Position numbers and translations under genes: made by a program
In this document: piece after piece, positions 39,396 to 54,703 of the stretch
Layout of the letters: each line of letters opens with the position of its first letter
How positions within the stretch are numbered: position 1 is the first letter of the stretch
Notes under the pieces: generated by a model
The model's database searches: none
Seen by the model: only the letters and a program-made list of their open reading frames with translations
Told to the model about the DNA's origin: nothing
NCBI GenBank assembly: GCA_013265495.1
Contig: MU057796.1
Span: forward strand, 620,001 to 684,000
DNA length: 64,000 nt
Direction of reading: 5' to 3'
Source of the DNA: Vicugna vicugna
Taxonomy: Eukaryota

Positions 39396-42300
39396 TCATA
39401 GCATTTTAGTAAGACTTCATCCTCTGACTGTTTTTGCTCTCTAAACATTATATCCTGACTTAACAAACATATAAAAAGTTGCCAACTTTACTTTTTGTTG
39501 GTTTATCCATCTATAAAATAGGGCTAGCAGGCCAGAGAGCATATTTAAATCAGACAAAAATTACCTTTGTAAACTGTTTGAAATCACTTGAAAGACATTC
39601 TGAATTGCATCCTTGATATTTTAGTAGAAATAAAATGCTGTCTTAGGGGTAAAGTTTCTCCTTTAAATATTATAAAATACTCTTCTATTAGACTGAGTGC
39701 TTTGACAAAGCCTTCCTTTATTACTGGAAGATTGTTAAAATAACACATGCAATCTGTGGTGAAGAAATAAGCCATGACTCTATACATTGATGGCTTTATA
39801 TGTAGACAGATTCCCTAAGGAAAACCTTTGAGGAAAGTTCAGAAATCAGAGAACAAGAGAAATAAATTAGCTCAAAATAGATTTTTTGAAATTTTCTTCC
39901 TCATTTGCTTCACTTTGTCTTATACAAGGATTCAATGATTGGGAAAATTTAATCAGAAATATCTATTTTTTTTGGCAACTATGTGTTGCTAGATTGGATA
40001 TCTGTATAGGCTTATTTGAGGAGTTAGTAAAAACTGATGGTTATAATAATGAAAAGAAACTCAGTAACAAAATTATTTTACAGTCAGGATGCTCATGATG
40101 GCAAATAGATTATCTCTTATATTTATGATTTGTAAAAGTATTTGAACACTTCAAAATATACCCAGTCATTTAATTTCATAAAAACCATTTCAAACTCCTT
40201 CAGAACTCTTTCTAAAAATTAAGTTTAAAATATGAAGAAACAAAGTTGATATATTAAAAGATTTGACGACTTGAAGATCAGAAGACAAAGTCTGTGTTTC
40301 ATACCATTTAAATGAAATTTAGAGACAACTAAAGGGAATTTTCCACCTTATCTAGCCCAAATAAGAGGACAAAAGGGTAGAGAGTCCAGACTACAAGCAG
40401 TGACCTATAAGATTAAAAAGAAGTCTCTTTGTTGCAATTTTATCATCACTTGTAAGTGATAAAGTGCCAAAAGACAGGCTTGTGGCAGTAGCAATACATT
40501 TTCTTCAAGGCAGTAAAATCATCAACAAGGTGTCTGTGTATATGTAGCCCTGCTTGAATATGAAAGCAATTTTCCAAAGCCCTGTCTGTGGCTTAATTCT
40601 ATTGTTTTCATCAAGAACGAATATTCTAGATCACAATTTTCAGTGACTGATTGCAATGGACGCAGCTTGAAAAATAGATGAGGAAGTTTCCCGAATGATT
40701 ACTAGACAAGAGTCCAATGCCGTCAGCAGCAATATCTGCATTTATCTAAAAAGAGATTAAATGCTAACTGGACTACTATACATTTATCTGTATAGCATCC
40801 TTGCATGCTTCTATTAAAATATAGTACGCAAAGGGCAAAATTGGATTAGAGTAAAAATAAGAAGAAAATCTAAATAAAACAAATATAAGTAAAAGTTTGA
40901 GGCTGTTATACAGTAAAACAACAATTAATAACATACATTAGACTAAAATGCTGAATTTTTTTAAATATTCTCTTATTAGAAATAAAACAACTCCATTGAA
41001 AGATATAAGTGCTCTTTAATTATTATCACTTTCAGCAAGTTCATTTTAGGCTAAGTTTTCAAGTCTAAGGCAAATCCAAAGTTGGAAAATATTAACATAT
41101 CATCTTTTAAGTATGTAATTCAGTTGTGACCAAAGGCAATTTTAATTATTTAGTTTCTGAACAGCTTTTTATGGGTAATTTTATGGTCAATAGCTTTGTA
41201 GGAATGTTGCTTAGAAAAGAGTAATAACTTTTATGTGTGAAGAAATAAGCAGATTGTCATGGGCCAAAAAATTAATTGCTCTGTCTGCTCTTTTGTGCCA
41301 CTTAGTGTGATTGGGTAAGTTCATGCTTTGGAGGTTTTTTTCCTCCTTGGAAGGGTTTCTTTGTTGTTGGCGGTAGTGCCACAGAGGGGCATACATAAAT
41401 GATGCTCTCAAATCAGAGCTTGATGATACTCATTTTACGACATGCATAAGTGTGTGTACTTAAAAAATTGGCAGGGTACTTGAGTGGCTGTTTTAGAGAC
41501 ACACAGGGGATACCAAATGACAGGAAAGTTTAAAAGACTGTGAGACACAGGGGAAAAGGAATAGCAGAACATTAATGGCCTGACAAGTTTAACTCAAATA
41601 CTTTGGAGGACAGCTAGGCAGAAAACAGTAGCATAGAATTCTCAGAACATAATATGCTTCAGTTAATTGAGTTTCTAGAACAATTATAAGAAAGACTTTA
41701 TTTCAGTCCTTAACTTTGAAGATATTTCTCACATAGGATGGTTTGTTTCATTAATTAGCATAGTAAGTAGTGTAGTTTCATATTTCATTTGCTCTGTGAT
41801 GATTTAAGGTCTTGCAGAAGCTCCTTCTGCACTTCAAATATCACTATAAAAATTCTATAGATGTAGAGAAAAGAAGGGATAGAAGATTGGTTTTAATGTG
41901 GGTAGATATTTCTAAAAAGCCAATAATGTCATAAACCTCTAGTGTTATCTTGCTTTCTGGAGATTTGCTGTCTGATTTTTAAAAGCAGGGAAAAATTGTC
42001 GTTCATAGGTTTTCCTATCTTTCAAGGTTTCACTGATCTTTAAACGTATGACAGAGAGAAACAAGCAACATGGTTTTGTAAAACTCTCACTACACTAACC
42101 ACACATTTGAAAATTCTTGCTAATATAAATTACAGACCATAATGGTGAAACTAAAACAATAGTCATATTTTTTTCAAGACACTATTTGATTAAAAAAAAA
42201 ATCTTGCAATCTCTATTCCTAAAAATCCTCTAAGTGATTAGGCAGTAGCCTGGCTGGAATGGTTTAGCAGTAGTGTTCCCAGAAGGAAAGGGTAGCGCAG

Positions 42301-43149
42301 AGGAACTTTCAAGTACTTCTTGCAACCAACTCTCTGAATCTACCCTCCATAAAACAGAATTTAAATGCCTTTCTTATTTGGGGAAAATATTTCTAAATTC
42401 TCTATTATTCCCCCTGTCCTCATACTGATTCCTCAGAAGAATTCTGACTCTGACTTTTTAATTACCCATTTTTGGTAAGAGTGATTTCTCCACATTAAAA
42501 TATAGTGCAAAATTTTAAAAGAAACTTTTATCAAGTCATCTCGTCTGTCCTCTTCATTTTATAGCAAAAGGAACTGAGACAGGCACCAATCAGATGACTC
42601 ATTCAAGACAACACAATGCCTTGTATTGCCAGAAGCAGAACCAAAATTTTTCTCTGCCTAGTACATGAGTCTTCCACATTTATTGCAGAAAGTGGTTTTG
42701 AGTTAGTCTATGACCAAATTACATATCATAGTGTACTCAAAATCTACAAAAGCGTCCCTGCATTATATGACATATGCTCCTTTACATTATGGCTTTTTTA
42801 TTCCTCTATCCATTCCCCTCCGCACCTCATGATAGGGTCAAATAGTCCAGATTCCAATATATTCATAAAGGATTTGTCATTCTGAAACTACAACAGATCA
42901 CACTCTAGAAAGTGAGTGTGTCCCTGGAAGGAAATGAATGTTATTCCTGATGCAGAAAATGAGTTAAACCTTTAGACTGGGGTAAGGAGGAGTTTACTTC
43001 TTTCTGGATTAAATATTCTAATGTATAACTTCCTAGAATGTATTTATTTTCATTCATTAAAAGCCCAACATGATGTTAATTGATTTTGGTTTGATTTCAT
43101 ATATTAATCCCTAGAGTTTAAGAAATAGTATACTTAAGAAGATGAGCTG

Positions 43150-43998
43150 CAATATCACTAATTATCAGAGAAATGCACATCAAAACTACAATGGGGTATC
43201 ACCTCACATTAGTTAAAATGGCCATCATTATTAAGTCCACAAACAATAAATGCTGGAGAGGGTATGGAGAAAAGAGAACCCTTCTGCACGGTTGGTGGGA
43301 GTATAATTTGGTGCAGCCACTATGGAAAACAGTATGGAGGTTCCTAGAATTACCATATGATCTGGGAATCCCACCCCAGGCATATATTCAAAAAAGACAA
43401 AAAGTTTAATTAGAAAAGAGACATGCACCCCAATGTTCATAGCAGCACTGTGCATAATAGCCAAGACAAGGACAGAAGAAGCCTAAGTTTCAGGAGAATG
43501 GATAAAAAAGATTTGGTATTAAACACACACACACACAGTGGAATACTCCTCAGCCATAAAAGAGAATAAAATAATCCCATTTGCAGCAACATAGATGGAC
43601 CTAAAGATTATCATACTAAGTGAAGTAAGTCAGACAGAGGAAGACAAATATCATATATTTATCACTTAAATGTGGGATCTAAAATATACAAATGAACTTA
43701 CTTACAAAACAGAAACAGACTCACAGATATAGAAAACAAACTTATGGTTACCAAAGGGGAAGAGGAAATAGATACATTAGGTGTTTCGGATTAACAGATA
43801 AACACTACTACGTGGAAAATAGATAAACAGCAAAGTCCTACTGTATAGCACAGGAAACTGTATTCAATATCTTGTAACAGCCTATAATGAAAAAGAATAT
43901 GGAAAAGAATATACATATATGTATAGCTGAATCACTATGCCGTATACCAGAAACCAACACATTGTAAATCAACTATACTTCAATAAAAAAATTAAAAT
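43150..43998 (+). mobile_element. 5'-truncated LINE-1 3' end
   Basis: [20 protein letters not shown]...[11 protein letters not shown]2 C-terminus; 3'UTR ending caactatacttcaataaaaaaattaaaa. Confidence 0.88.
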
Positions 43999-44771
43999 TT
44001 AGAAAAATATCATCAAAACAATTTTATGTCAATAAACTAGATAATCTAGATGAACTGGAAGAATTCCTAGAAAGATACAAACTAGTAAAACTGATTCAAG
44101 AAGAAATAGAAAATTTGTACAGATTTATAACAAGTAAAGAGATTGAACTATTAATATAAAAATTCCCATAAAGAAAATCTTAGGCACAGGTGGCTTACTG
44201 GTGAGCCCTACACAATACATAAGAAATTAATATTAATTTTCACAAACTACTCCAAAAAATACAAGAATACAGACTACTTCCCAACTAACTCTATAATGCA
44301 AGTATTACCATGACACTAAACCCAGACATAAACAATACAAGAAAACTTTAAGCCAGTATTCCTTATGAATACAGATGAAGAACTCCTCAACAGAATCTAG
44401 TATCACATAACAAGAATTACACACCATGAACTATTGGAGTTTATCCCAGAGATGTAAGGTTGGCTTAATGTTCAAAATTCAATTATTTTACTACACCATA
44501 TTAATAGAATTAAGTACCAAAAAATTATCATCTAAGAAGATACAGAAATAGAAAATTTAATCATTTCATGAAAACAACTGTTGACAAATTAGGACTAGGC
44601 ATCAACAACAAACTCACAACTAACATACTTAATGGTGAAGGGCTAAATATTTTTCCCCTGAGATCAGAAACAAGACAGGAATGTACTCTCACAACATCTA
44701 TTCAACAAGATGATTCAAGGTCTATACAGGGAAATTAGACAAGAAAAAGAAATAAAAGATATCCAGATTGG

Positions 44772-46534
<1,763 letters not shown>

Positions 46535-46646
46535 AAAAGCTATCCAGATTGGAGTTGAAGAAGTAAAATTATCTCTAGTCATGGATGACATGATGTTAAA
46601 TATAGAAAATCCTAAGGAATCCACAAAACTGTTAGAATTAATAAAT

Positions 46647-49600
46647 GAAGGGGAGGCATGTGCGGAGCCGCCGCCTGGGCTGGGAACCCACGAGGCCTCA
46701 GTGCCCTGCCCTCGGAACAATAGGAGTCGGCTCGCGAGGCTTCTTGGCCGTGCTGGCCCTGGGGGCAGTGCTGGTGACAGCGCTGCTGAAGATGGTCGCC
46801 GACAGCAGGGACTTGGACGAATCTCCAGGCACAAAGAAGTCTATGCCTCCAGAAGACTCTAATGCTGCCCGAACAGGGAGTACCCTACAGGTGCCTCTCA
46901 GCCATACAAATGAGTCCTCCACCTTGCCCATGAAACCGTCATCAACATCTCCAGTTTCCTCAAAGAACATACAGCCACCACCTTGAAACCCACAGCAAAA
47001 TCATCAATTCCAGTTTCTTCAAAGAACACGACAACCACCACCTTGAAACCCACAACAACGTCTAAAACGACACCACCAGTGATCTCAAGAAACACGACTT
47101 CTCCCACTGCAGGATCTACACCCAAGACATCAAGTGCTTCGCATCCACAGTGACCACAGCCCACAATAGTTCAGTGACGTCTGTTTCTTCACCTGTAACA
47201 ATCACAGCAACTATTAATTCTAAGGAAAACAAGGGATCCAGATTCGATACTGGCAGTTTTGTTGGTGGTATTGTATTAACACTGGGAGTTCTATCTTTTC
47301 TTTACATTGGATGCAAAGTGTATTATTCAAGAAGAGGCATTTGGTATAGAACCATTGACGAACATGACACCATCATTTAAGGGTTCCGAGCACCAACGGA
47401 AAGAAGAAAGACTGAAGCAGCCCAGTTGGTTTTGGTTTATTATTAGTTTAAAACAGGATTCTCTTCTTGAAAATAGCATAAACAGGCCATGCATATAATG
47501 TACAATGTATTATATAAATATGTAAAGATTCCTCATGATTGCTGAAAGTAAAAAGGGTTTGGTTTGGGGTTTTTTAATGAACATATGGACCCTACAGTTA
47601 ATGCAGTGGTTAGAATCACTTTTAGAAAATATACAGCAGGACATTGTTTTGCGGCATTAGTTGCACAGGGCCAGTAATTAGAAGACATCGTCACCGAAGG
47701 GCAGGATGCCATCTGGTCACACTCGTAAGAGCTGAGTTTATCCTAATTACTAAAGTCACTAAAGAATTTATACAGATAAACCAAATCTTAAGTGTAACTT
47801 TAGCTTAGGTGTCTCTTCTTCAGAAAACATCAATGTTTCATAAGTTTAAAGCTTAGTTATTTGGTTTAGAAACAAAACACACACCCTCTCCACCAACAAA
47901 AAAAAAAAAATCAAAACCGGAAGTACCTACGCTTGGCCTGTCAGAAAGCCATCAGAGAGCCTGCATTTTTAAGACCATCTTTTGAGCTTTCAATGGCAGT
48001 TGATATAATTACTTTTTTTCGTCTAATTTCAGTAAATTGAAATGATTACCATGATAATGTTTTAAAGACTTAGCTGTTAGTATTAAATAATAGATTATGT
48101 GCTACTGTGAGAATACTGTCACCACTGGAAACTGCTTTATTTCATTTTCAGCTGTTAATTTTATATTAAGTGAATATTTTTCAGAGATGTAGAGCTGCTT
48201 TCAGTATCTAGAAATGATTAATGTAGTGTAAACACACCTAACTTAAAAAAAAAAAAAAGACCTTTAGATGGTTTCCAAAGCAACATCTCATCAGAACTAG
48301 GGATGAATGCTGTGTCCAGGCAGCTGAGGATTGTGGGGCCCCCTCGGGCTACTAAACCTGCAGGGGGGGAATGCTGTATTATCATACACTTTCGATATCA
48401 CTCAGAGATTTGAGGAAATAGCATTTTTGGAATAAAATACACCAGTGTATTTTGGAATAAATTAAGTTTTTAAACAGGAGACTTTTAGCTGGAAATGTCC
48501 CGTTTCCTTGCTTGGGTGTTCTTCAGCTGCCCCTCTTCCTCCCTGCTGGAGAGGCGGCTCTCTTACATGTGCTACATTAATGGAGACAAAGAGCACAGTA
48601 CTGTAGGGACACCTATGTTAGCTGTCGTATTTTGGAGTGTTTTCGGTTTTACAGTTTATATTCCAGCGCTCAGAATTCAGGGTCCAGTTTTGACAAAAGA
48701 GGTATTTAGTCATACTATGTCCTAAGATACTATTTCTTCTACCTTAGGTGGTCAAAGTAACTGATGCCAATTTCTGACAGTCCGAAAATGAGCTAAGAAG
48801 TCCTAGTGAATATGTACCTACATTTAATGCTTTTGTGATCAGCTTTTGGTTTGCAGATAATCAAGAATCCTGATATAAAAGGATCATTTCTACTCACTGT
48901 GCATTATGGACAATTGATGTGATGAATGATGGATGGATAAAAACTATCCAAAATATGAATATGATTGGATGGATGATGTGGCACATGCAATGTGGAAGAA
49001 ATATTATGAAACATGTGTGTTTACATTAGTTTGAAAAGAGATGTGGGCTGATAGGGCCACATTAGTAACATTCAACTTACCTAACTGGTCTTTTACCCAC
49101 TGCTTGCATTTCTTTGCAAAATACACTGAAGACACATTTTATAGTAATGGGGGCCTTTTAAATTTAACTTGTTTTGTCTCCGCGTTCTTGATACTTCAGT
49201 ACTTCCAGCCAGTCAGAAGTTTGTAGACAGGCCTGAAATTTTCTTGAATACTTGTTTCTTTAGCACTTTGAAGATGTAAAACCACTTTTTAAGTACTCAA
49301 CGTCATTATTCGCCTTTAAAGCTTCCTGTGCTTTGGGTTTGAAACAAATTAGTTATGTCTTTTTTCTGTATATATGTTGTGTAATTTGTTACTTTCAAAT
49401 ATCAGTACTTCACTGCAATCAGGTTTTTTTGGTTATCTGCAAAAAAATGAGGGAAACAGTGATGGCAAACCAGTATTTCACTTTGGAGCATATATTCTTA
49501 GCATAAAAGTTTGTCTTCCTAATTATGTTTACTTAAGCAAATGTTCAGTTTTATTTTGTAATCTTTGAGAATGTATTTACTTGAAGATAAAAGCAATTCA

Positions 49601-49861
49601 GATGTTTGTCTAAATATTAGGCAGAATTCAATCTTTGATTTTAAAATTTCCTTGGATAATCCATAGAATGAATAATTCAAATACAGATGAATGAGAGCTG
49701 GCAGTATATTATGGTGATAATTTTGTATTTTTCAGAAAAAAAAATGCAAAGCAAATTCCTGTTACTTTTTTTTTTCTTTTTATTGTAATGACCAGCTTAT
49801 GGTATTTCATTGTTATGAGATCTATTTTTAGAATAAAACTTTGTTCTTTAAGAAAAAAAAA
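46647..49861 (+). pseudogene. TMEM123: Full-length processed pseudogene of porimin (CDS ~46720-47380, ~2.5 kb 3'UTR)
   Basis: C-terminus KGSRFDTGSFVGGIVLTLGVLSFLYIGCKVYYSRRGIWYRTIDEHDTII. Signal peptide with ATG>ATA at 46720-46722, Ser/Thr mucin domain with frameshifts near 46970 and 47140. AATAAA at 49832-49837, A-tail at 49850-49862, TSD AGAATTAATAAAT at 46634-46646 and 49862-49874. Confidence 0.93.
46921..47100 (+). repeat. Imperfect ~60-bp tandem repeat (about 3 units) in the TMEM123 mucin-coding region
   Basis: ccagtttc(c/t)tcaaagaac...accaccttgaaacccaca recurs with a ~60-nt period. Confidence 0.8.
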
Positions 49862-50625
49862 AGAATTAATAAATAAGACTAGTAAATTTGCAGGATACAA
49901 GGTCAATTAAATATACTAGCAATGAACCTGAAAATAAATTAAGGAAAGAATTCTATTTACAACAGTATCTGAAAAGAATAAAATACTTATGGATAATTTA
50001 ACAAAAGAAGTGTAAGACTCGTATACTGAACACTAAAAAACATTGAAAAATTAAAGATTTAAATAAATGTAAAGAAATCCTATGTTCATGGATGATAAGA
50101 CAATATTATTAGGATGGCGATACTCCCCAAACTGATTTGCAGATTCGTGCATTTCCTATCAAAATCCTAGATGCCTCTTTTAAAGAAATTGACAAGGTGA
50201 TCCTAAAATTCATTTGAAATTGCAAGAAGTCTAGGGGTCAAAATGTTCTTGAAAAAAGAACAAAGTTGAAGAAATTTTATTTTCTGATTTCAAAACTTAC
50301 TACAAATCTACAGTAATCAAGACAATATGATACTGGCTTGAGGATACACACATACTCCAATGGAATAGAATTGGAGTTTATATGTAAACCCTTACATTTA
50401 TGGTCAATTGATTTTCAAAAAAATTAATAGGAAAAAAATAGCCATCTTAACAACTGTTGCTGGAACTACTAAATATTTACATACAAAACAGTGAGGTTGA
50501 ATCCTACTTTACACCATCCCCTCAAATTAACCCAAAATTGACAAATCTCAATGTAAATCTTCATGAGTTTGTGTTAGGCAATAATTTCTTAGGTATGACA
50601 CCAGAAGCATAAGGGACAAAAGAAT

Positions 50626-52690
50626 ATGTTTCTTTGTTGGAAGTTTTTTGATTACTCGTTCAATATCCTTACTTGCAATGTTATGTCTATTCTATTTCTT
50701 CTTGAGTCAGTTTTGGTACTTTGTTTCTGGGAATTTGTACATTTCACCTAATGGCTAATATTTTTTAATAATTATTTTTATTTCTTTAAGGTTGGTAATA
50801 ATATCCCCACTTTATTCTTGATTTTAATAATTTGGATGTGTATCCCCACCCCCACCTTGGTCATTCTATTTAAAGTTTTGTTAATTTTACCAATCTTTCC
50901 ATTCTGGTTTCACTGATTTTCTTTTCTATTGTCTATTACATTTATCTCTCTTCTAATCTTCATTATTTCCCTCCTTCTGCTAGCACTGGCTTTACTTTGC
51001 TTTTCTTTTGCTATTTTCTAGTTCCTTAAAATGGAAGGTTATGTATATTGGTATTCTTGATGTTGTCTCAGAGATCTCTTAAGCTCTGTTCATTTTTCTT
51101 TTTTTAACATTTTTTATTGATTTATAATCATTTTACAGTGTTGTGTCAAATTCCAGTGTTCAGCACAATTTTTCAGTCATTCATGGACATATACACACTC
51201 ATTGTCACATTTTTTCTCTGTGATTTATCATAACATTTTGTGTGTATTTCCCTGTGCATCTGTTCATTTTTCTTCATTCTTTTTCCTTTCTGTTCCTCAG
51301 ACTGAGTAATCTTAGTGGCCAATCCTGAAGTCTGCTGATTCTTTTTCTGAATACTGACATCTGATGTTGCGCCCCAGAGAATTTTTAGTTTCAGGTATTG
51401 TACTTTTCAACTTCAGAATTTCTACTTGGTTCCTTTAAATAACTTCAATCTCCTCATTGATATCCTTTCTGGTGAGACATTGGTCTCCTGATTTCCTTTA
51501 GTTCTTTGCTCATGGTTTCTTTCAGTTCCTCCAGCATATTTAAAAGAGTTGATGGAAAGTCTATTAAGTCTAGTCTATACTTCCTTAGGGATAATTTTTA
51601 TAAATTTCTCTTGTTCCTGTGTATGGGCCATGCTTTCTTGTTTTTGTCAGCCTTGTAATTTTTTGTTGAAAATTGGACACTGATTAACAGTCACTTGTGT
51701 ATAACATAGCGTGGCAATTCTGAAAATCAGATTCACCTCCCAGTCAAGAGTTTATTGTTGCTGCATGTTGTGAATGCTGTTGTTTATTTACTTTCCCCAA
51801 CTAACTTTATAAAGTCAGTATTCCTTGTTGTGTGTGGCCACTGAAGTCTGTATTCTGTTGGCCTAATGGTCAGTTAGTGATCAGACAGAGATTTCCTTAA
51901 ATGTCCAGAACCAAAAAATGAAGAAAAGCTTCCAGTCTTTGTCAGTGGGCTCTCTGTATGTGTTGGGTCATACCTTCAACATTCAGCTGGGCAATTGACA
52001 TTTCCTGTTTGAGCAGAGCCTGAAAGTTAGCCAGAGTTCAGAGCCTCTTCAAGACTCTTCTGAGCATCAACCCCTCCCAGATGTGCACGTGTCCTTTTGG
52101 ATTCCCAAAATACCTAGGAGCTTTTAAAAATTTTTATTCTTCAAATTATCACACCTCAGCCATCCCTTCCAGGCCTTTTGGTGGGTCAACTTAACTGTTA
52201 TTTCTTTTCCCACGTGGCGGCAGCTAACAAACTTGCCTTCAAAAGTTTTTTTGACAAAAACCTGGGTAGTCACCTTTCTGTCTTGGGAGAGTTTCAAGTT
52301 AAGCAAAATAAAGGCAAGCCCTTTGCACTAGTCCTTCAGGGAACCACCAGACAGGTCAAAATAAACTACCACAATTCTTTGAGTACAAGATCCAATCTGC
52401 TCCCTCTGGGACCAAGAACCTACACTAGAAATGCAGATTGTTGTCTTCAAAACTGCCACTGAGCTGGGGATGAGAAAACGGGACCAGGACAAGTTTAAAT
52501 GACACAAATTCTTCTACTGAGATTCAATCACTTTTTTCTTGATTAAGTGTTTTCCTAGTTATTTCAAACGTGTGACTCATTTCCACAGTTCACATAAATT
52601 TGATTCTGACAGGTTGTGCTAGTTTATTTGCTGTTTATATGAAGGGATGGGTCCTTGGGAGTTCTGTATTCACCATTTTTGCTGATTCAC
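50626..52690 (-). mobile_element. Old L1 fragment(s): ORF2 N-terminal part and ORF1/5' region
   Basis: Antisense L1 motifs (ttttgattactcgttcaatatccttacttg; ctctgttcatttttcttcattctttttcctttctgttcctcagactg). Confidence 0.7.
51101..51258 (-). mobile_element. Short 5'-truncated young L1 nested in an old L1
   Basis: Same terminus as the L1 at 1-760; exact 16-bp TSD TCTGTTCATTTTTCTT at 51085-51100 and 51259-51274. Confidence 0.9.
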
Positions 52691-53059
52691 CTCCAAGGGA
52701 CTGATTCTTGAAGAACATCAGCATCTGGTAGTGAAGATGAGTCTGTTGATGAAGCACTGCCTCAGGAAACCCCATTTTGGTGATGTTATGAGTGGAGATG
52801 TTAGACTACTTCTAAAGGCCAATGACTGAGCTCTGGGCAGCCCAGCCCGCCCAAGGCTGGCCACGCACTCAGCTTCCAGCTTGTGGCAGGTGCCGAGGCC
52901 TGGCTTCTGGCTCCCAGGAGCGGGCCTGAGGGAGCATTTCCCGTCACAGCTCCTGGACGAAACTCCCTGGCCACCATCTGCCCACCCACCTGCCACCCAA
53001 TGAGGGGGCTCCCGACCAGCCAGCCTGAGCCCACCGGAGCAGGGGTGGTGGCTGGCCTA

Positions 53060-53255
53060 GACTTCATTTTTTTAAGAGCAGTTTCAGGTTCACAGCAGAA
53101 ATGAGCAGAAAATAGAGTTCGCACATAACCCTCCCATCCACACATATATACTCCTGTACCCTCAGCATCCTTCATCAGTGTGGCATATATGGGACAATCA
53201 ATGAACAAACATGGAAATATTATTATCAACCAAGGTTCATAGTTACATTAGGGTT
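53060..53255 (-). mobile_element. L1MC-like 3' end fragment
   Basis: ttttttaagagcagtttcaggttcacagcagaaatgagcagaaa terminus motif. Confidence 0.65.
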
Positions 53256-53256
53256 A

Positions 53257-53352
53257 GAGGTAATTAGGTTTATTTGTTTTTAATGGAGGTACTGAGGGTT
53301 GAACCCAGGACCTCATGCATATATAGAGTTACCATTGGGCTATACCCTTCCC
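53257..53352 (-). mobile_element. tRNA-derived SINE, Vic-1-like (camelid)
   Basis: Minus strand reads gggaagggtatagcccaatggt (A box) ... gaggtcctgggttcaaccctcagtacctcc (B box) then attaaaaacaaataaacctaattacctc. Confidence 0.75.
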
Positions 53353-53359
53353 TGCCCAT

Positions 53360-53708
53360 TGTATAGATTTGTATAGTTTGAAATCAGAAAATTTCAAATT
53401 TGTTCTTCTTTCTCAAGAATGGTTAGGCTATCCAGAATCCTCTATGGCTCCATATAAATTTTAGGGTTGTTTGTTCTATTTCTGTAAAAAATGTCATTGG
53501 AATTTTGATATGGATTGAATTAAATATGTAGATTGCTTTGAGTAGCATGGACATTTTAGCAATATTTATTCTTCTAATCCATAAGCACATAATTGTATTC
53601 CATTCATTTGAGTCATCTTCCATTTCTTTCATCAATGTCTTAGAGTATTCAGTGTACAATTCTTTCATTTCTTTGGATAAATTTATTCCTAGGTAGTTTA
53701 TTCTTTTT
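53360..53708 (-). mobile_element. L1 ORF2 internal fragment
   Basis: [16 protein letters not shown]...[19 protein letters not shown]. Confidence 0.85.
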
Positions 53709-54642
53709 GATAAGTGGTTGATATCCAAAATATGTAAAGAACTGTTAAAACTCAATAATTAAAAGACAAATAACTCACTTTAAAATGGGCAAAGGATTTG
53801 AACAGACTTTTCTCCAAAGACATACAAATGGAAAATAAGCACATGAAAAGATGTTAAACATCATTATAATTATGGAATTCAAATCAAAACCACCATGAAA
53901 TATCACTTCACTAAGATGGCTGTATTCAAAAAGAGAGATTGTAAATGTTGACCAGGATGTGTAGCAATCAGAATCCTTATACATTGCTGGCTTGATTGTA
54001 GATTGTTTTGAAAAATGATTTGAAATTGATTTGGCAGTTTCTTAATGTGTAAAATATTGAGTTACCATTTGACCTAGGATTTCACTCCGAGGTACATACC
54101 CAAGAGAAATAAAAATATAATGCATTCGCTCAAAAACTTGTACATCACTGCTCACAGCAACATTATTATTCATAGTCAAAATGTGGAACAACCTAAATGT
54201 TCATCAACTGATGAATGGATAAACGTGGTACAGCCATCCAGTGGAATATTGTATCTCAATAAAAAGGACTAAATACACACTAGAGCACTAAATACACACT
54301 ATAACATGAATAAACTTTGAAAACAATATTGTAACTGATAGAAGCCAGTCATGAAAGACCATATATTTATGATTCCATTTATATGAAATGCATAGAAAAG
54401 GAAACTCCACAGAGATAGGAAGTAGATCAGTGTTGGCCCTGGGTAGGGGAGAGGGGAGGAAGGAGAGTGATTGCTAATGGCTAAGGCATTTCTTTTAGGG
54501 GTGATGTAAATGTTCTAAAATTAGTGGTGATAACTGTACAACTCTATGAATATGCGAAAAAGCACTGAATTGTACACTATAAAATGGTTATTACAGTCTG
54601 TGATGAGTTGTATTTCAACAAAGCTGATATTCAGAAAAAAAT
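53709..54642 (+). mobile_element. L1MB-like ORF2 C-terminus + 3'UTR
   Basis: aaaatgggcaaaggatttgaacagac..., 3'UTR aatgttctaaaattagtggtgata...aacaaagctg, A-rich tail. Confidence 0.85.
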
Positions 54643-54663
54643 AGTTTTAAAAATTACACCCCA

Positions 54664-54703
54664 GTCTATGGCCATACTACCCTGAACACATCCAATCTCA
54701 TCT
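54664..54703 (+). pseudogene. Tailless 5S rRNA retropseudogene (nt 1-40)
   Basis: gtctatggccatactaccctgaacacatccaatctcatct matches the 5S 5' end GTCTACGGCCATACCACCCTGAACGCGCCCGATCTCGTCT with transition-only changes, mostly at CpG; TSD AAAAATTACACCC(C/T)A at 54649-54663 and 54704-54718. Confidence 0.92.

Noticed and set aside
41370..41392. CTCF-like motif gtgccacagaggggca
   Set aside because: Spacing deviates from the core consensus; cannot be supported without a PWM scan or ChIP data.
46921..47100. CRISPR-like repeat-spacer array
   Set aside because: Eukaryotic context; the units are coding mucin repeats with no unique spacers and no cas genes.
53285..53352. tRNA gene
   Set aside because: Anticodon arm is degraded and a SINE-type tail is attached; it is a tRNA-derived SINE.
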